From Andalucia godoyi And28 (Eukaryota; Protista; Jakobida), in the NCBI GenBank assembly GCA_009859145.1, contig VRVR01000061.1:103459-167458 (forward strand): a DNA stretch of 64,000 bases. The letters are read 5' to 3'. The first letter of the stretch is position 1. Every line of letters begins with the position of its first letter. The notes under the pieces are model-generated. The model made no database searches, was not told where the DNA came from, and was given only the letters and a program-made list of their open reading frames with translations. A program made the translations under genes and the position numbers. Of this stretch, positions 19,814-32,518 are shown piece by piece.

Positions 19814-21088
19814 TTAGACGGTAAAGGAGGCGAGGAGGGCGTTGACGGCGGCTGTGATTTCCGAGGTCGCAGAGACGTCGAATGCATTGATGGCGTAGAA
19901 GGCGGCAATGTTGCGCTCGGGAGAGAATGCGGCGTACGAAAAGACTCCTTGGAGACCGCCGGCCTTTTGGAACACGAGCGGCGCCCCGTCGTGGGGATCC
20001 ATGACAACCCACGCAAGACCCATAGCGTCCATATGCCCAGACTCGTCCACGCCAACGACCGGATCGAGCCCGTTTCGAAACAGGTACGCGGCATGGTCTA
20101 CGATGCGCGACGACCCATACGATTGGAGCGTGCCGTTCAGATGCCACTGCAGCCACTTCAGAATGTCGTTTGGTGTCGAGTACAGCCCGCCTGCGCCCTC
20201 AATCACGATCGGTGTATCGATGTACGGCATCGCGCTCCCGTCGAAATTATGCCCTTGAAATACGTTGCTGCGATCTGCAGCCGTCAAGTTGTACTTTGTG
20301 TTTTGCAGCTCGACGATTTGCAGCACATTCTCGTCCAGCAACTGCACATACGGAGTACCGAGTCCGTCTGCGAGCGCCAGAGCCAGCAGATCGAACCCGG
20401 CGTTCGAGTACGAGACTCCCGTACCAGGCTCAAACATCAGCGGCTCGGTGCGCAGCAACTGCTGGTATGCCTCGATCGTCAGCGTCGCGTACGGGTCGTT
20501 GGGCGGTGAAGGACCGCGCGGGGCCTCGCGAATCAGGCCGGAGGAATGCGTCGCGAGGTGGATGAGCCGCACAAGCCGCGTGTCGGTCCCGGGCGGAGGC
20601 ACGCCGTCATCAGCCCAGTGGAGAAGATCAAAGAGAGGCGACGACAAATCGACGAGTCCGCGTGCGACAAGTCGAGCGAGCGTCTGGCCCGTGAATGCCT
20701 TCGTGATGGATCCGATGCGCATAAACGTGTTTCCGTCCGGCGGAACCCCGGAGCCGTCAGACCGCTCGCCAAACCCAGTGACATACGTCTGGCCGTTTCG
20801 AGTCGCCCCAATCACAAGCCCCGGAACACCGGTCTGCAGGTACAGCACTTCACCAAGAAAATCGATCGTCTCGGAAAGCAGTTTTTCATTTGACGTCGTT
20901 CGCGCATGGATCTCGCCCAGTTTCAGCCGAATTTCATCCGCACTCAGCGTTTCACCTCCCAAGGACTTTCCGGTCCCAATCGCTCCAGGCTCGGGTCTCG
21001 TCAGCATCGCAACGCCAACTAGAAAAACCGCGGCAATTCCAAAAAGAACCACCACAAGGTTCGCTGCGCTCGGTCGGCTTCTTTGCAT
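19814..21088 (-). CDS. Serine hydrolase, beta-lactamase class C / AmpH-type penicillin-binding protein with N-terminal signal anchor
   Basis: SxxK (GSITK), LATHSSG, YSN, GAGGLYST, QKAGG (KTG-like); N-terminal VVVLFGIAAVFLVGVAML. Confidence 0.9.
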   Translation of the reverse strand: MQRSRPSAANLVVVLFGIAAVFLVGVAMLTRPEPGAIGTGKSLGGETLSADEIRLKLGEIHARTTSNEKLLSETIDFLGEVLYLQTGVPGLVIGATRNGQTYVTGFGERSDGSGVPPDGNTFMRIGSITKAFTGQTLARLVARGLVDLSSPLFDLLHWADDGVPPPGTDTRLVRLIHLATHSSGLIREAPRGPSPPNDPYATLTIEAYQQLLRTEPLMFEPGTGVSYSNAGFDLLALALADGLGTPYVQLLDENVLQIVELQNTKYNLTAADRSNVFQGHNFDGSAMPYIDTPIVIEGAGGLYSTPNDILKWLQWHLNGTLQSYGSSRIVDHAAYLFRNGLDPVVGVDESGHMDAMGLAWVVMDPHDGAPLVFQKAGGLQGVFSYAAFSPERNIAAFYAINAFDVSATSEITAAVNALLASFTV

Positions 21089-21491
21089 TCCTTACTTGTC
21101 CAGTTGTGTCCAATTATGTCCAGCTGCTTTGTTCGATTTCCAAGTCCTAACACTAGACAACACAGACGAAACAAAAAAAAAAAGAAGAAAGAACGTGAAA
21201 ACACAGGATCGCTCACTCCCCTCCCTCCTATTAAGCGATTGAGATAGCATTCGATGTCACAGTCGATGGAAACGCGGGAATTATTGTGCGAAATTGTGCT
21301 GCACCTCCGCCGACGTTTTCCTCGACTCGTCCGTGGAATTGCGCTTGATAAAAAAATGCACGGCCGTTTTGCTTCCCTCTCCCTTTTTTTTTGCTCGTAT
21401 GCACTTCCAATTGCTTGCTCCCAATCTTGTGAAGCCGCAAGGCGGTAGAACCCCCCGCGTACCAGAAGAATGGATCCGTCGAGCGGAAAAG

Positions 21492-22086
<595 letters not shown>

Positions 22087-22541
22087 CGGGTTCCGCTGGG
22101 ACGTGTTCTTTTGTCGGACACACGTTCGCGCGCGTCGGGAGAATAAAAACCGGCCAGAGAAACACCAAGGAGGAATCGCCGACCGCTCCTGAATGCAAAA
22201 ATAATAACAGCAACATACCAAGAAATCAGAATTGTTAGAAGAGATCCTATGAGAGAGTTCGTAGTGAGCCGAGACAAGCATCACTTGATGAGAACGAGCA
22301 TTCATCGGGAATTGAAACAACAGCCAAAAAACCAAAAGAAGCAAAAAAACAAAAAACGAATGGTGTGTCAACTTTCCGCTTATGGCTATCAGTTGCAGTA
22401 TTTGTTTTTCATACTCGTCGTCATTATTTACTGAATTCAGAATTTCAGAAGAGTTCCAAGCTCAGTGGTCAATACTATACAGTGCATTCCCAACGACAGC
22501 GATCCTTACGGTCAGTGCACCCTTTTTTCAATTTTGATTGA

Positions 22542-24008
<1,467 letters not shown>

Positions 24009-24030
24009 GCCCTCCCTTGTTCCTTGCTGT

Positions 24031-24088
24031 ATTTGTGTTTTGTGTTTTGTGTTTTGTGTTTTGTGTTTTGTGTTTTGTGTTTTGTGTT
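24031..24088. repeat. (TTTGTGT)n heptamer repeat in the METAP2 3' flank
   Basis: Directly visible tandem repeat. Confidence 0.85.
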
Positions 24089-24342
24089 CGTAATTCCTGC
24101 TTCGTAATTCCTGCTTCGTAAATCTCGTGTGGAAAAAAACGTACGCCAACAACAAAAAACAAAAACGAATGCCACCTCAAACCCCACCCGCCCCAGAATA
24201 GAGTATCTGCTGTAGTGGACAAGCTATTCTTGGCTTTCCCTCAGTTCGCCGCGTGCAAAGCGCATTTTGTCCACAGTACCATCCAAAAAAAAAAAAAAAA
24301 GAGGGCCGACGACGACTTGCGCAGGAGGGTTCGAGAGGCGAC

Positions 24343-25047
24343 ATGGCGATGGAGGAAGAGGAGGAGAGAAAGAGTCACCGGCACGCAAACTGGAGACTGG
24401 AGACGGACGAGTACCTGTCGAGTCGCTGGGCGCACCTGTCGGAGTCGCAGCGGCCGACACGGCTTGCGAAGGTACTGGATGCGACCGAGATTGCGGAGTG
24501 CGTGTGCACGGTGGCTCGATCGATTGAGGCCCAAGTAGCGTCAACGGGGAAGCATGGGGTGTTTCTCGTCGGGGTGTTGACGGGATGTGTGTTTTTCATG
24601 GCAGATCTCGCGCGGGAATTACGGGTTCCGCATCGCATCGGGGTTATCAAGGCGTCTTCATATGGTAATGAACAGACGAATGCGGGGGCATCGGTCACCA
24701 TCGACTGTCTGTTTTCGGAGGCGGATCTGCATCCAAACACCGATTTGTTTGTTCTGGTTGACGAGCTGCTCGAATCGGGCAGGACGCTGGAGCACGTGTC
24801 TCGTGCGCTACGCACCCGATTTGGCCCGCACCGACTTCCCGAAGTCCATCTCTGTGCGCTTTTCAAGAAACATCGACCCGACCGATCTGTCATCCTTGAC
24901 TTTGGCGGCTTCGACGTGCCGGATCTCTGGCTCGTCGGATACGGCCTCGACAACTCCCAGGGCTGCCGTGGCTGGAAGCACATCTATGCCGTCCCCAAGG
25001 CTCCCGGAATCCCCGATTCCCCCGATGACCGCATCTACTTTTCATAA
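24343..25047 (+). CDS. Hypoxanthine-guanine phosphoribosyltransferase-like (type I PRTase)
   Basis: VGVLTGCVFFMADLAREL, IKASSYGNEQ, VLVDELLESGRTL (variant PRPP loop), WLVGYGLD. Confidence 0.8.
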   Translation: MAMEEEEERKSHRHANWRLETDEYLSSRWAHLSESQRPTRLAKVLDATEIAECVCTVARSIEAQVASTGKHGVFLVGVLTGCVFFMADLARELRVPHRIGVIKASSYGNEQTNAGASVTIDCLFSEADLHPNTDLFVLVDELLESGRTLEHVSRALRTRFGPHRLPEVHLCALFKKHRPDRSVILDFGGFDVPDLWLVGYGLDNSQGCRGWKHIYAVPKAPGIPDSPDDRIYFS

Positions 25048-25405
25048 ACATGTCAAACTGTCAATCCTTCCTTTCCTGTACTTCTCAAACTCCCGAACTC
25101 CCGAACTCCCAAACTCCCAAACTCCCAAACTCCCGATCCTTGGCTAATTAAAATTATAGTAAAACAAAACCAAAACAAAAACGAAACAAACGAAGCCAAT
25201 CAATTAAAAAAACAAATCAACACAACGAAATAAAAGATAACAAGAAAAAAAAACACACGCACAAAGGAAACGTGAGTTATTATTCTTCTTCTCACACTCT
25301 TCTCACTTCCACTCACCACACACACCATCCAATCACATTTGCAACGGAGAACCGAAATTCACAATATATACACATACTCAGATACATTTACGGTTCTGCG
25401 AGAAA

Positions 25406-26269
25406 ATGCCGACGAAGCCTGCAGTAGCAGCGCTGACGAACCTGCTGTCGTCGGTTGCGATCGTTGTGCTGAACAAGTTGATATTCCAAACGCATAGGTA
25501 TTCTGCGCCGACAACGCTGACGGCGGTTCATTTCGCGGTGACGAGTCTCGGGCTACGGCTACTGCATGCATTCGGCCTTGTGCGTGTGCAGTCCGTGAAC
25601 CCGCTTCAGCTGCTGCGCGTCTCGGTGCTGTACGCGATCTCGATTCCGTTGTCGAACTGGTCGCTTCTTTATAACAGCGTGGGGTTCTACCAGCTGAGCA
25701 AGATCGCAATTGCGCCGATGGTGGCAGTTGCAGAGTCGCTTGTGTTTTCCAGAGCCCCGTCGGCGACGGCGGTCATCGGGATCATCTTGACGTGTGTCGG
25801 CATTGCCTGCACGACGGTCGTCGAGTTCAGAAGCAACGTCTTCGGGACGTTCCTGGCGCTCGCGGCATCGTCCTGTACTGTCGCGTATCAGATCCTGACA
25901 AAGCAGACCACGCTGGAATCCGGCGTCAGTGGACTGGACCTCGTCTACCATGCGCTGCCGGCGTCGACCGTCATTCTCCTTGTCTTTGCACTCTTCACAG
26001 ACGGCCCGCACGTTGCGCTACAAGCATTGGAATACCCGCTGTTTCCATGGGTCCTTGGGTCTGCAGCCGTCTCCCTCCTTACCAACTGGTCCATGTTCGC
26101 GCTGCTCGGCGCTCTCCAACCTCTTACGTACAACGTCCTCGGCCACGCAAAAACACTCGCAGTCCTCATCGTCGCAGTCGTCTTCTTCACCGAGCCCATC
26201 AGCCCCCAAAAGATCTCTGGCGCAGCAGTCGCCGTAGTCGGGATGGCCATCTTCAGCTCAGCCACCTAA
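25406..26269 (+). CDS. Nucleotide-sugar/triose-phosphate transporter family (SLC35E3/UXT-like)
   Basis: IVVLNKLIF, NWSLLYNSVGFYQLSKIAIAP, PLTYNVLGHAKT; multiple TM helices. Confidence 0.9.
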   Translation: MPTKPAVAALTNLLSSVAIVVLNKLIFQTHRYSAPTTLTAVHFAVTSLGLRLLHAFGLVRVQSVNPLQLLRVSVLYAISIPLSNWSLLYNSVGFYQLSKIAIAPMVAVAESLVFSRAPSATAVIGIILTCVGIACTTVVEFRSNVFGTFLALAASSCTVAYQILTKQTTLESGVSGLDLVYHALPASTVILLVFALFTDGPHVALQALEYPLFPWVLGSAAVSLLTNWSMFALLGALQPLTYNVLGHAKTLAVLIVAVVFFTEPISPQKISGAAVAVVGMAIFSSAT

Positions 26270-26542
26270 GTCCGCCCTCCGCCCTCTGCCGTCCGCACCA
26301 TCCAAACCAAATAAATCACACGATAAATGTATAACCATGCAGGCAAACAAACTGCTGTAGCCACATTTCCCCCGCCTTCTATTGCGGCGCAATCACCCCA
26401 CTCACAAGCCCGTCGACGCCTGTCAACTCTTCTCAAACTAGGATTCCTAGCAGCGGCTTGACAAAACGCCAATGCAGAGCGTTGTACGAGCACCAAGCGG
26501 CAAACCTCTGTGCGAGCTCCTAGTCGTAGTCGTCGCAAGTTT

Positions 26543-27154
26543 ATGAGTAGTGGTGGCAGTGGTGGCAGTGGTGGCAGTGGTGGCAGTGGTGGCAGTGGTG
26601 GCAGTGGTGGTACGGGGAGCAGCAGGAGGAGAAGCAGCAGCAGCAGTTGTGTGCCGATGAAGATGGCTCGGATGTCGTCGCAGTCGCAGTCGCAGTCATA
26701 CGCCCACACGCGTATGAAGTCGTGTTTCGAATGTCAGAAGCACAAGAAGCGGTGCAACCATAGCGGGCTTGAGCCGTGCGTGCGGTGTACGGCGCGCAAG
26801 ATCGCGTGTGTGTATCCCGAGACAGTGTCGGTGTCGGTGTCGATGTCGGTTGGGACTACGGCGAGTGCTTCGGGAGCGGACAGTGCGACTGCGTTTGCGA
26901 ACCCGTTCTTTGCGCTCCATGGGGACGTGTCCGAGCAGATGGGGGTTGTTGAGGTTGGACTTGGAGGAGGCGGTGCGGAAGGGCTGGGGCTGCATGGTAC
27001 GGCCGCAGCATTCTTTTCGCCGGCGTCGTCAGTGGCGTCGGACCGAGCAAGCTCGAATGAGGAAGGGTCGCTGGCATTGATGGCGGCCGCCATCCAAGGC
27101 CCAGCCATCATCGCACGCGAACTTCGATGCGCACACTCTGCGTCGTGCTCTGCG

Positions 27155-27200
<46 letters not shown>

Positions 27201-27802
27201 GTTGCTTGGCTGCAGATGCAAGCTGTCCGCCGCCGAGTGGGAATATCTCGGGCTGCGGATGCTCAGGTGCTAGTGGTGGCGGTGGCTCATTGGACAGGAA
27301 TGACAAGGATGCGTGCACATGCCAGGGATCATGCTCGGGGGTGTTTGGGTCGTTGCTGGCGAAACTGAACTGCGCTTCGGCGATGATGTCTGCAGACTTC
27401 TTCGTTGCGTCGCATGCAGATGCGGCCTCGCCACACGCTGTCGAGTGTTTGATGCAGAAGCTGCGTGCCGCTTGCTTCTTCGACTTTCCCGCACCGGCCG
27501 TGGTCATTACGTTCCACGAATCGCTGCAGATCGTCGCGGCAAATCGAGAGTTTGAAACATGGAGCGGATACGTATACAGCCACTGGGGATTTCCCGCTGC
27601 TCTCAAGGACGTTGTCGAGGAAAACACTTGCTGCAGCATGTGGGATGGCCCGTGTCCGTCGTCCAAGCGAGCAATGCGACTCAATGTTCGCCTGAGAAAT
27701 GGCACAGTTCAAGCGGTCTTGTCAAGAACAGCTCTCATCCGGGACACAATGTACCACCCAGTATACAGCATTTTGTCGTTCATGCCGTCCGTTTCTTGGT
27801 GA
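26543..27802 (+). CDS. Zn(II)2Cys6 binuclear-cluster transcription factor with C-terminal PAS-like domain
   Basis: SCFECQKHKKRCNHSGLEPCVRCTARKIACVYP; C-terminal PAPAVVITF..LQIVAANREFETWSGY PAS-like core. Confidence 0.8.
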
Positions 27803-27821
27803 CCACTGCGCACGGGAACAT

Positions 27822-27943
27822 GTGTCTAAAAACCCGTGTCTAAAAACCCGTGTCTAAAAACCCGTGTCTAAAAACCCGTGTCTAAAAACCCGTGTCTAAA
27901 AATCCGTGTCTAAAAATCCGTGTCTATAAATCTGTGTCTGAAT
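27822..27943. repeat. 14-bp tandem array GTGTCTAAAAACCC: 5 perfect units then progressively degenerate units
   Basis: Units at 27822, 27836, 27850, 27864, 27878 perfect; 27892 and 27906 end ATCC; 27920 and 27934 more divergent. Confidence 0.95.
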
Positions 27944-28186
27944 ATGCGTCGCATGTGTGCGGCCAGCATCATGTTCCTCTCCAAGGCATCTGGCGCCGCT
28001 TCGGTTTGCTGTGAAAACCGTCTTCGTCGTTCCCCACCTGGTCATACGTCATGTCGTGCGCAGAATTGCTGGAACATCAGTCGTCGTTTTCATTACTATT
28101 TCTTAAAATCCATGGAATCTTTAAAAAAAAAAAAAGACCAGAAACAGATCCCCATGATTTCCAACACCAACACGCCGCCGCGTCAT

Positions 28187-29746
28187 TTAGAAAAACTTCT
28201 TCAAAGACTTTGTAAGCTGGTCGCCAAGCTTCTTCACATCCTTCTGAATATCCTTTGCCGCGGTCTGCGATTGCTGCTGGAAGTTCTTCCATTCCTGCTT
28301 CACGAGCTTGAACTGGCGCTTTCCATACTTCATCAGAGTGCCAAAGCGACCAGGATCGTCCGGAACTGCGGTGACGGTGGACACCACCGGCTCTTTTGGT
28401 GCTTCTGGCTCAGCAATCTGCGCAGCCGCTGCGCCACCAAGTCTCGACACAGAGAGCTTGTTGTCTGACACGACATTCAGCAAGAAGTTTGCATCGGTGT
28501 TCGCTTCGAACGTGAATGGAAGCACAATAAACTCCGAGTTTGGAGGGACCAAGAAACGGATAGTGACTTCGCGCAGATTCGTCACGGTTGACTTTTCAAC
28601 CGGGGTGTACCGTGAAACAGCTTTTCCGGCATTTGCAGTGTTGTTGAACGCAGAAACGCCAATATACACGTGCGGCTTCTCCACAAAGCGCTCGTCCGGC
28701 TGCTGCAGCGAGACCAGCACGGTCGCTGTGTCCAAGTCCAAGTTTCGCAGCACAATCTGCGGATTGCGGACCCAGGTCTTGTTGTTTGCGCAGCCGCCCG
28801 CAGATCCGTCGGCAGTGGACCACTTGTCCTGCAGAGCATACCTGTTCCATCCTTTTGCAGGGATGTAGCAGACATAAAGCTTGGAGAACTCCTGCATGAA
28901 ATCAGCAAAGTTGATGAAGAAGGTTCCATCGTCCTGCAAGGAATGCCCGAGATCCTTCTGCGTCTGCGGCGTCCACGCAGCCTTGTCGACATCCGACCAT
29001 TTTCCCGTCCACTCCGTACACCCCCATGGATTACGCAGCTGAATCAGCTTCTCGCCCTTGTACGTCAGCGACCGCAGCACCGAATACGCATGCCCAGCAA
29101 GAATCCCGCGGCCCGTGTCCACCTCGCGCTCCCCTTGTGTCGCCTTGGCGCATCCAAGCAGTGCAGTCCCCGAGTTGATCCACTCGTCAATTGTCTCCCA
29201 AAACGCATTTGCATCGGTCACGGCCGAGAACTGGATTGTCTGTCCAATGGATCCACCGCCAATCAGGTCGCAGAGCCCATCTGTAATGAAACCGCCGCAC
29301 AAGTTTCCGTAGTTTTTGTGCAGTTTAGCATACGCCTTCTCCATCAAGGGAACCCAAAACTCGTTCGGATCCAACCCAGACGCAAACAGCAGCGATCCCT
29401 GCGCAGTGCACGGCAGACGATCATCAATCACAACCTCCCGTACCTCCCCAAACTTTGTGAACCGAAACACACACTTCCCAGTTTGCTGATCCCACGACAC
29501 AATGACCGACCGCAGCAAGTCGTCCCGCAGCGCCAACACAGACTGCGCCGACAAGAACCAGCAGTCGCCCAGCTGCCCCTGCTGCACATCGCCAGGCTCA
29601 ATACCATCTGTAAACAAATGCGCTGACGAACTCATCTCGCTCGGCCGCCGCCACTTCACTTGCGACACATCAACACCACTCAGCGTCCCAAGTGACTTTG
29701 CATTCGCCGGAAAATCAGGATCCTCAAACTTTGACATTCTCTTCAC
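28187..29746 (-). CDS. Calpain-like cysteine protease (CysPc plus domain III)
   Basis: QQGQLGDCWFLS (Cys), GHAYSVL (His), LRNPWG (Asn), WVPLMEKAYAKLH, GGCANNKTWVRNPQ. Confidence 0.93.
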   Translation of the reverse strand: MKRMSKFEDPDFPANAKSLGTLSGVDVSQVKWRRPSEMSSSAHLFTDGIEPGDVQQGQLGDCWFLSAQSVLALRDDLLRSVIVSWDQQTGKCVFRFTKFGEVREVVIDDRLPCTAQGSLLFASGLDPNEFWVPLMEKAYAKLHKNYGNLCGGFITDGLCDLIGGGSIGQTIQFSAVTDANAFWETIDEWINSGTALLGCAKATQGEREVDTGRGILAGHAYSVLRSLTYKGEKLIQLRNPWGCTEWTGKWSDVDKAAWTPQTQKDLGHSLQDDGTFFINFADFMQEFSKLYVCYIPAKGWNRYALQDKWSTADGSAGGCANNKTWVRNPQIVLRNLDLDTATVLVSLQQPDERFVEKPHVYIGVSAFNNTANAGKAVSRYTPVEKSTVTNLREVTIRFLVPPNSEFIVLPFTFEANTDANFLLNVVSDNKLSVSRLGGAAAAQIAEPEAPKEPVVSTVTAVPDDPGRFGTLMKYGKRQFKLVKQEWKNFQQQSQTAAKDIQKDVKKLGDQLTKSLKKFF

Positions 29747-30027
29747 CCTCTTTCACAATCTGCACGAAGTAAAGGCTAAATAATTAATTCATTCTGTGCA
29801 TAATCCACTACAAACAGAAACTCAAACAAAACGTTGGATTGCAGTTGGCGCATTCCTGATTCGGCGATTCGGAGACTGACATTTTTTTTTCTTCCGTCCG
29901 ACTGACATGCATGTGTAAGTCCCCGACCTTGGGACTATACGCCGCTTGAGTGCATGCCTCCCCCCCATGCAGAGTCCCGAGTGTCCTCACACGAGTCCAC
30001 ACGAGTCGTCAAAGTGCAGCAAAAGTC

Positions 30028-30030
<3 letters not shown>

Positions 30031-30100
<70 letters not shown>
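30031..30100. repeat. (TC)35 microsatellite upstream of MRE11
   Basis: Uninterrupted dinucleotide run ending about 70 nt before the ATG. Confidence 0.95.
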
Positions 30101-30106
<6 letters not shown>

Positions 30107-30169
30107 CGTCTGCTTCGTTTTATTTATTTATTTGCATTTGTGTTTGTTCTTGATAATTGGCTAGAGGCG

Positions 30170-32518
30170 ATGGCGAGTGGGTTTACACGGTGGCGCGCGC
30201 GCGAGGATGGGTCGTACTGTGATCCGCCACCTGTTGATTCTGGGGTGTTTCGCATCTTGGTTGCGACGGACAACCACTTGGGATTCATGGAAGACGACCC
30301 CGTGCGTGGGGGTGACTCGTTTCGGGCGATGGACGAGATACTGGGGACTGCGAGGGCACGAAACGTGGACATGGTGTTGCTTGGAGGAGACCTTTTTCAT
30401 ATGAATCAACCATCGCGAAGCACTCTTTTGCAGTCTATGAAGATGTTTCGCAGTCATGTGCTTGGAGATTCTGATATACTGTTTGGCTGTGAATCCGCGA
30501 TGGATGCAGCTCTGGTGCACAATCCTACCGGGGCGCTTAACTACGAAGACCCAAACATGAATATTGCACTGCCAATCTTTATTATTCATGGAAATCACGA
30601 CGATCCGGTGCTGGGTTCCTCGGCAATTGACGTCTTGTCGCACGCTGGATTGGTGAATTACATTGGAAAGCAGGCGTCGCTGGACAGTCTCATGGTGAAG
30701 CCGCTTCTCTTTCGGAAAGGCGAATCTCGATTGGCCCTGTATGGCCTTGGGTACTACTCGGACCTGCGCGTCGTATCGTTGATGCAGCAGGGAAAATGCA
30801 CGTTTGCGAGACCATCGGAAGGTTCCAATGACTACTTTAACATCATGCTCATCCATCAGAATCGATATCAGAGAGATGCCCGGGCTGCAGAAACAAACGT
30901 CAATGAGAACTCGCTGCCGGCGTTCTTGGACTGCGTGTTTTGGGGCCACGAGCACGAGTGCAAGCCGGACTTTCAGCCTACCGCACAAGGAGTCAATGTC
31001 GTCCAACTCGGCTCTTCCGTCATCACGTCGCTTTCCGACTATGAATCCTCTGCAAAGAAGTACTATATGATTCTGGAAGTCCACAAGAGAAGCTTTCGGT
31101 ACGAGAAAGTGCTGCTGCGGTCAAATCGGAGATTCTACTTTGAAAACATGGTTTTGGCAGACGTTTTTCACGACAAGGCACCGGAGCGAGTATCGGAAAA
31201 TGACATCATCTCCAAGGTGAAGGCTCGCATCCAGACAATTTTGAAAGAAGACGACCGAATCCGATCGAGCCAGACGATTCCTGAAGGATTCGAAAAGCCC
31301 CTGATCCGGATCCGTCTCAACTATTCTGGAGGGTTTGCGATGCCACGGACGCAGCTGATTCACGCCGATTTCCTCGACGTCGTTGCGAATCCGACCGATA
31401 TTGTCAATCTTATACGAGTCAAAACAGTCACGAAGCGTAGTCTGAACGGAAGGCGCGGAATGACTGGTGAAGAGTTGGACGACATGGTGGATGAAATCGA
31501 AGACGCCGAACTCCAGGCATCAAAGATCGAAGAGCTTGTTCTGCAACGACTGACCGACGACCACAAGGAGCTTCGAATACTGAGTGAGAAGAAGTTGACA
31601 TCTGCTGTTCACTCCTTTGTGGAGTTCTCCGTGACGAGTGCTATCCCAGCATTTGTCGATGCCGAGATGGAAAAGGCAACAGAGAAAGTTCTCGAGTCTC
31701 GAATGCGGATGCTCCAAGATATAGCAAAAAAGAGCATTTCGAAGAAGGCAGCGTCTACTCGACAACTGGCGATGATGTCCAATGCGAGACACACCGCCAG
31801 CAGCAGGCGACTAGGTAGCGAAGGGGGGAATGCAGGTGATGGCGATGACGAAGAGTTTGACCGGACCACAATCATGGAGCCTGCAGACCAGTCCGTCTCG
31901 TTTTTCCGACCCGAACACGAAATGGTCAATGTTCTCGACAAGGATGATGTTGAAGATATGTTTGGTTCTCTCGACAACCAAGTGCTGCTTCATCTCAAAG
32001 CCGAGCAAGAAGCAGGCCTCGACGAGTATGTCGAGACGATGATCCGCCAAGCCGGGCAAAACGACCCACCGCCCGAGTCGGATGATGCCGAAAGTTCGGG
32101 AGGAGAGGACAATGCACCAACCACAAAGTCAAGAAAGTCCCGATCGGCACCCAAAGGAGATGGCGAAGATGCCGTCGCGGGCCCTTCGAAGCGCGGCCGC
32201 GGGCCTGCACGAGGAGCAGCCGCTGGAAGGACCTCCGTTTCTACCTCGGCTCGAGGGCGCAAAAAGTCAGTCGATCCGTCTCAATCTGAAATTTCATTCG
32301 CAAAGGCATCGACTTCAACGGCCGGACGCGGGGCTCGGCATCGGCTCTCCGACGATGATGCAGTTGAACATATCAACCACGGCAACCACGGCAACCAGGG
32401 CAACCACGACGACGAAGATGACGACGACGTCGACGACGACGGCGCCGATGATATCTATACCAAGGCAGCTCCCCCACCGGCCAAGCGAGGTCGCGGACGC
32501 GGAAAAGCAGCACGATAA
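30170..32518 (+). CDS. MRE11: Double-strand break repair nuclease MRE11
   Basis: ATDNHLG, GGDLFH, IHGNHDDP, HQNR, WGHEHEC, RIRLNYSG, VANPTDI; Gly/Arg-rich tail; start MASGF at 30170. Confidence 0.96.
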   Translation: MASGFTRWRAREDGSYCDPPPVDSGVFRILVATDNHLGFMEDDPVRGGDSFRAMDEILGTARARNVDMVLLGGDLFHMNQPSRSTLLQSMKMFRSHVLGDSDILFGCESAMDAALVHNPTGALNYEDPNMNIALPIFIIHGNHDDPVLGSSAIDVLSHAGLVNYIGKQASLDSLMVKPLLFRKGESRLALYGLGYYSDLRVVSLMQQGKCTFARPSEGSNDYFNIMLIHQNRYQRDARAAETNVNENSLPAFLDCVFWGHEHECKPDFQPTAQGVNVVQLGSSVITSLSDYESSAKKYYMILEVHKRSFRYEKVLLRSNRRFYFENMVLADVFHDKAPERVSENDIISKVKARIQTILKEDDRIRSSQTIPEGFEKPLIRIRLNYSGGFAMPRTQLIHADFLDVVANPTDIVNLIRVKTVTKRSLNGRRGMTGEELDDMVDEIEDAELQASKIEELVLQRLTDDHKELRILSEKKLTSAVHSFVEFSVTSAIPAFVDAEMEKATEKVLESRMRMLQDIAKKSISKKAASTRQLAMMSNARHTASSRRLGSEGGNAGDGDDEEFDRTTIMEPADQSVSFFRPEHEMVNVLDKDDVEDMFGSLDNQVLLHLKAEQEAGLDEYVETMIRQAGQNDPPPESDDAESSGGEDNAPTTKSRKSRSAPKGDGEDAVAGPSKRGRGPARGAAAGRTSVSTSARGRKKSVDPSQSEISFAKASTSTAGRGARHRLSDDDAVEHINHGNHGNQGNHDDEDDDDVDDDGADDIYTKAAPPPAKRGRGRGKAAR

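Noticed and set aside
24205-24280. GTGGACAA..TTGTCCAC inverted repeat upstream of the HPRT-like gene
   Set aside because: 8-bp stem could arise by chance; no second copy or family motif.
27822-27943. 14-bp array as a CRISPR array or telomeric repeat
   Set aside because: Units are contiguous with no spacers, no cas genes, eukaryotic context; unit is not a TTAGGG-type repeat.
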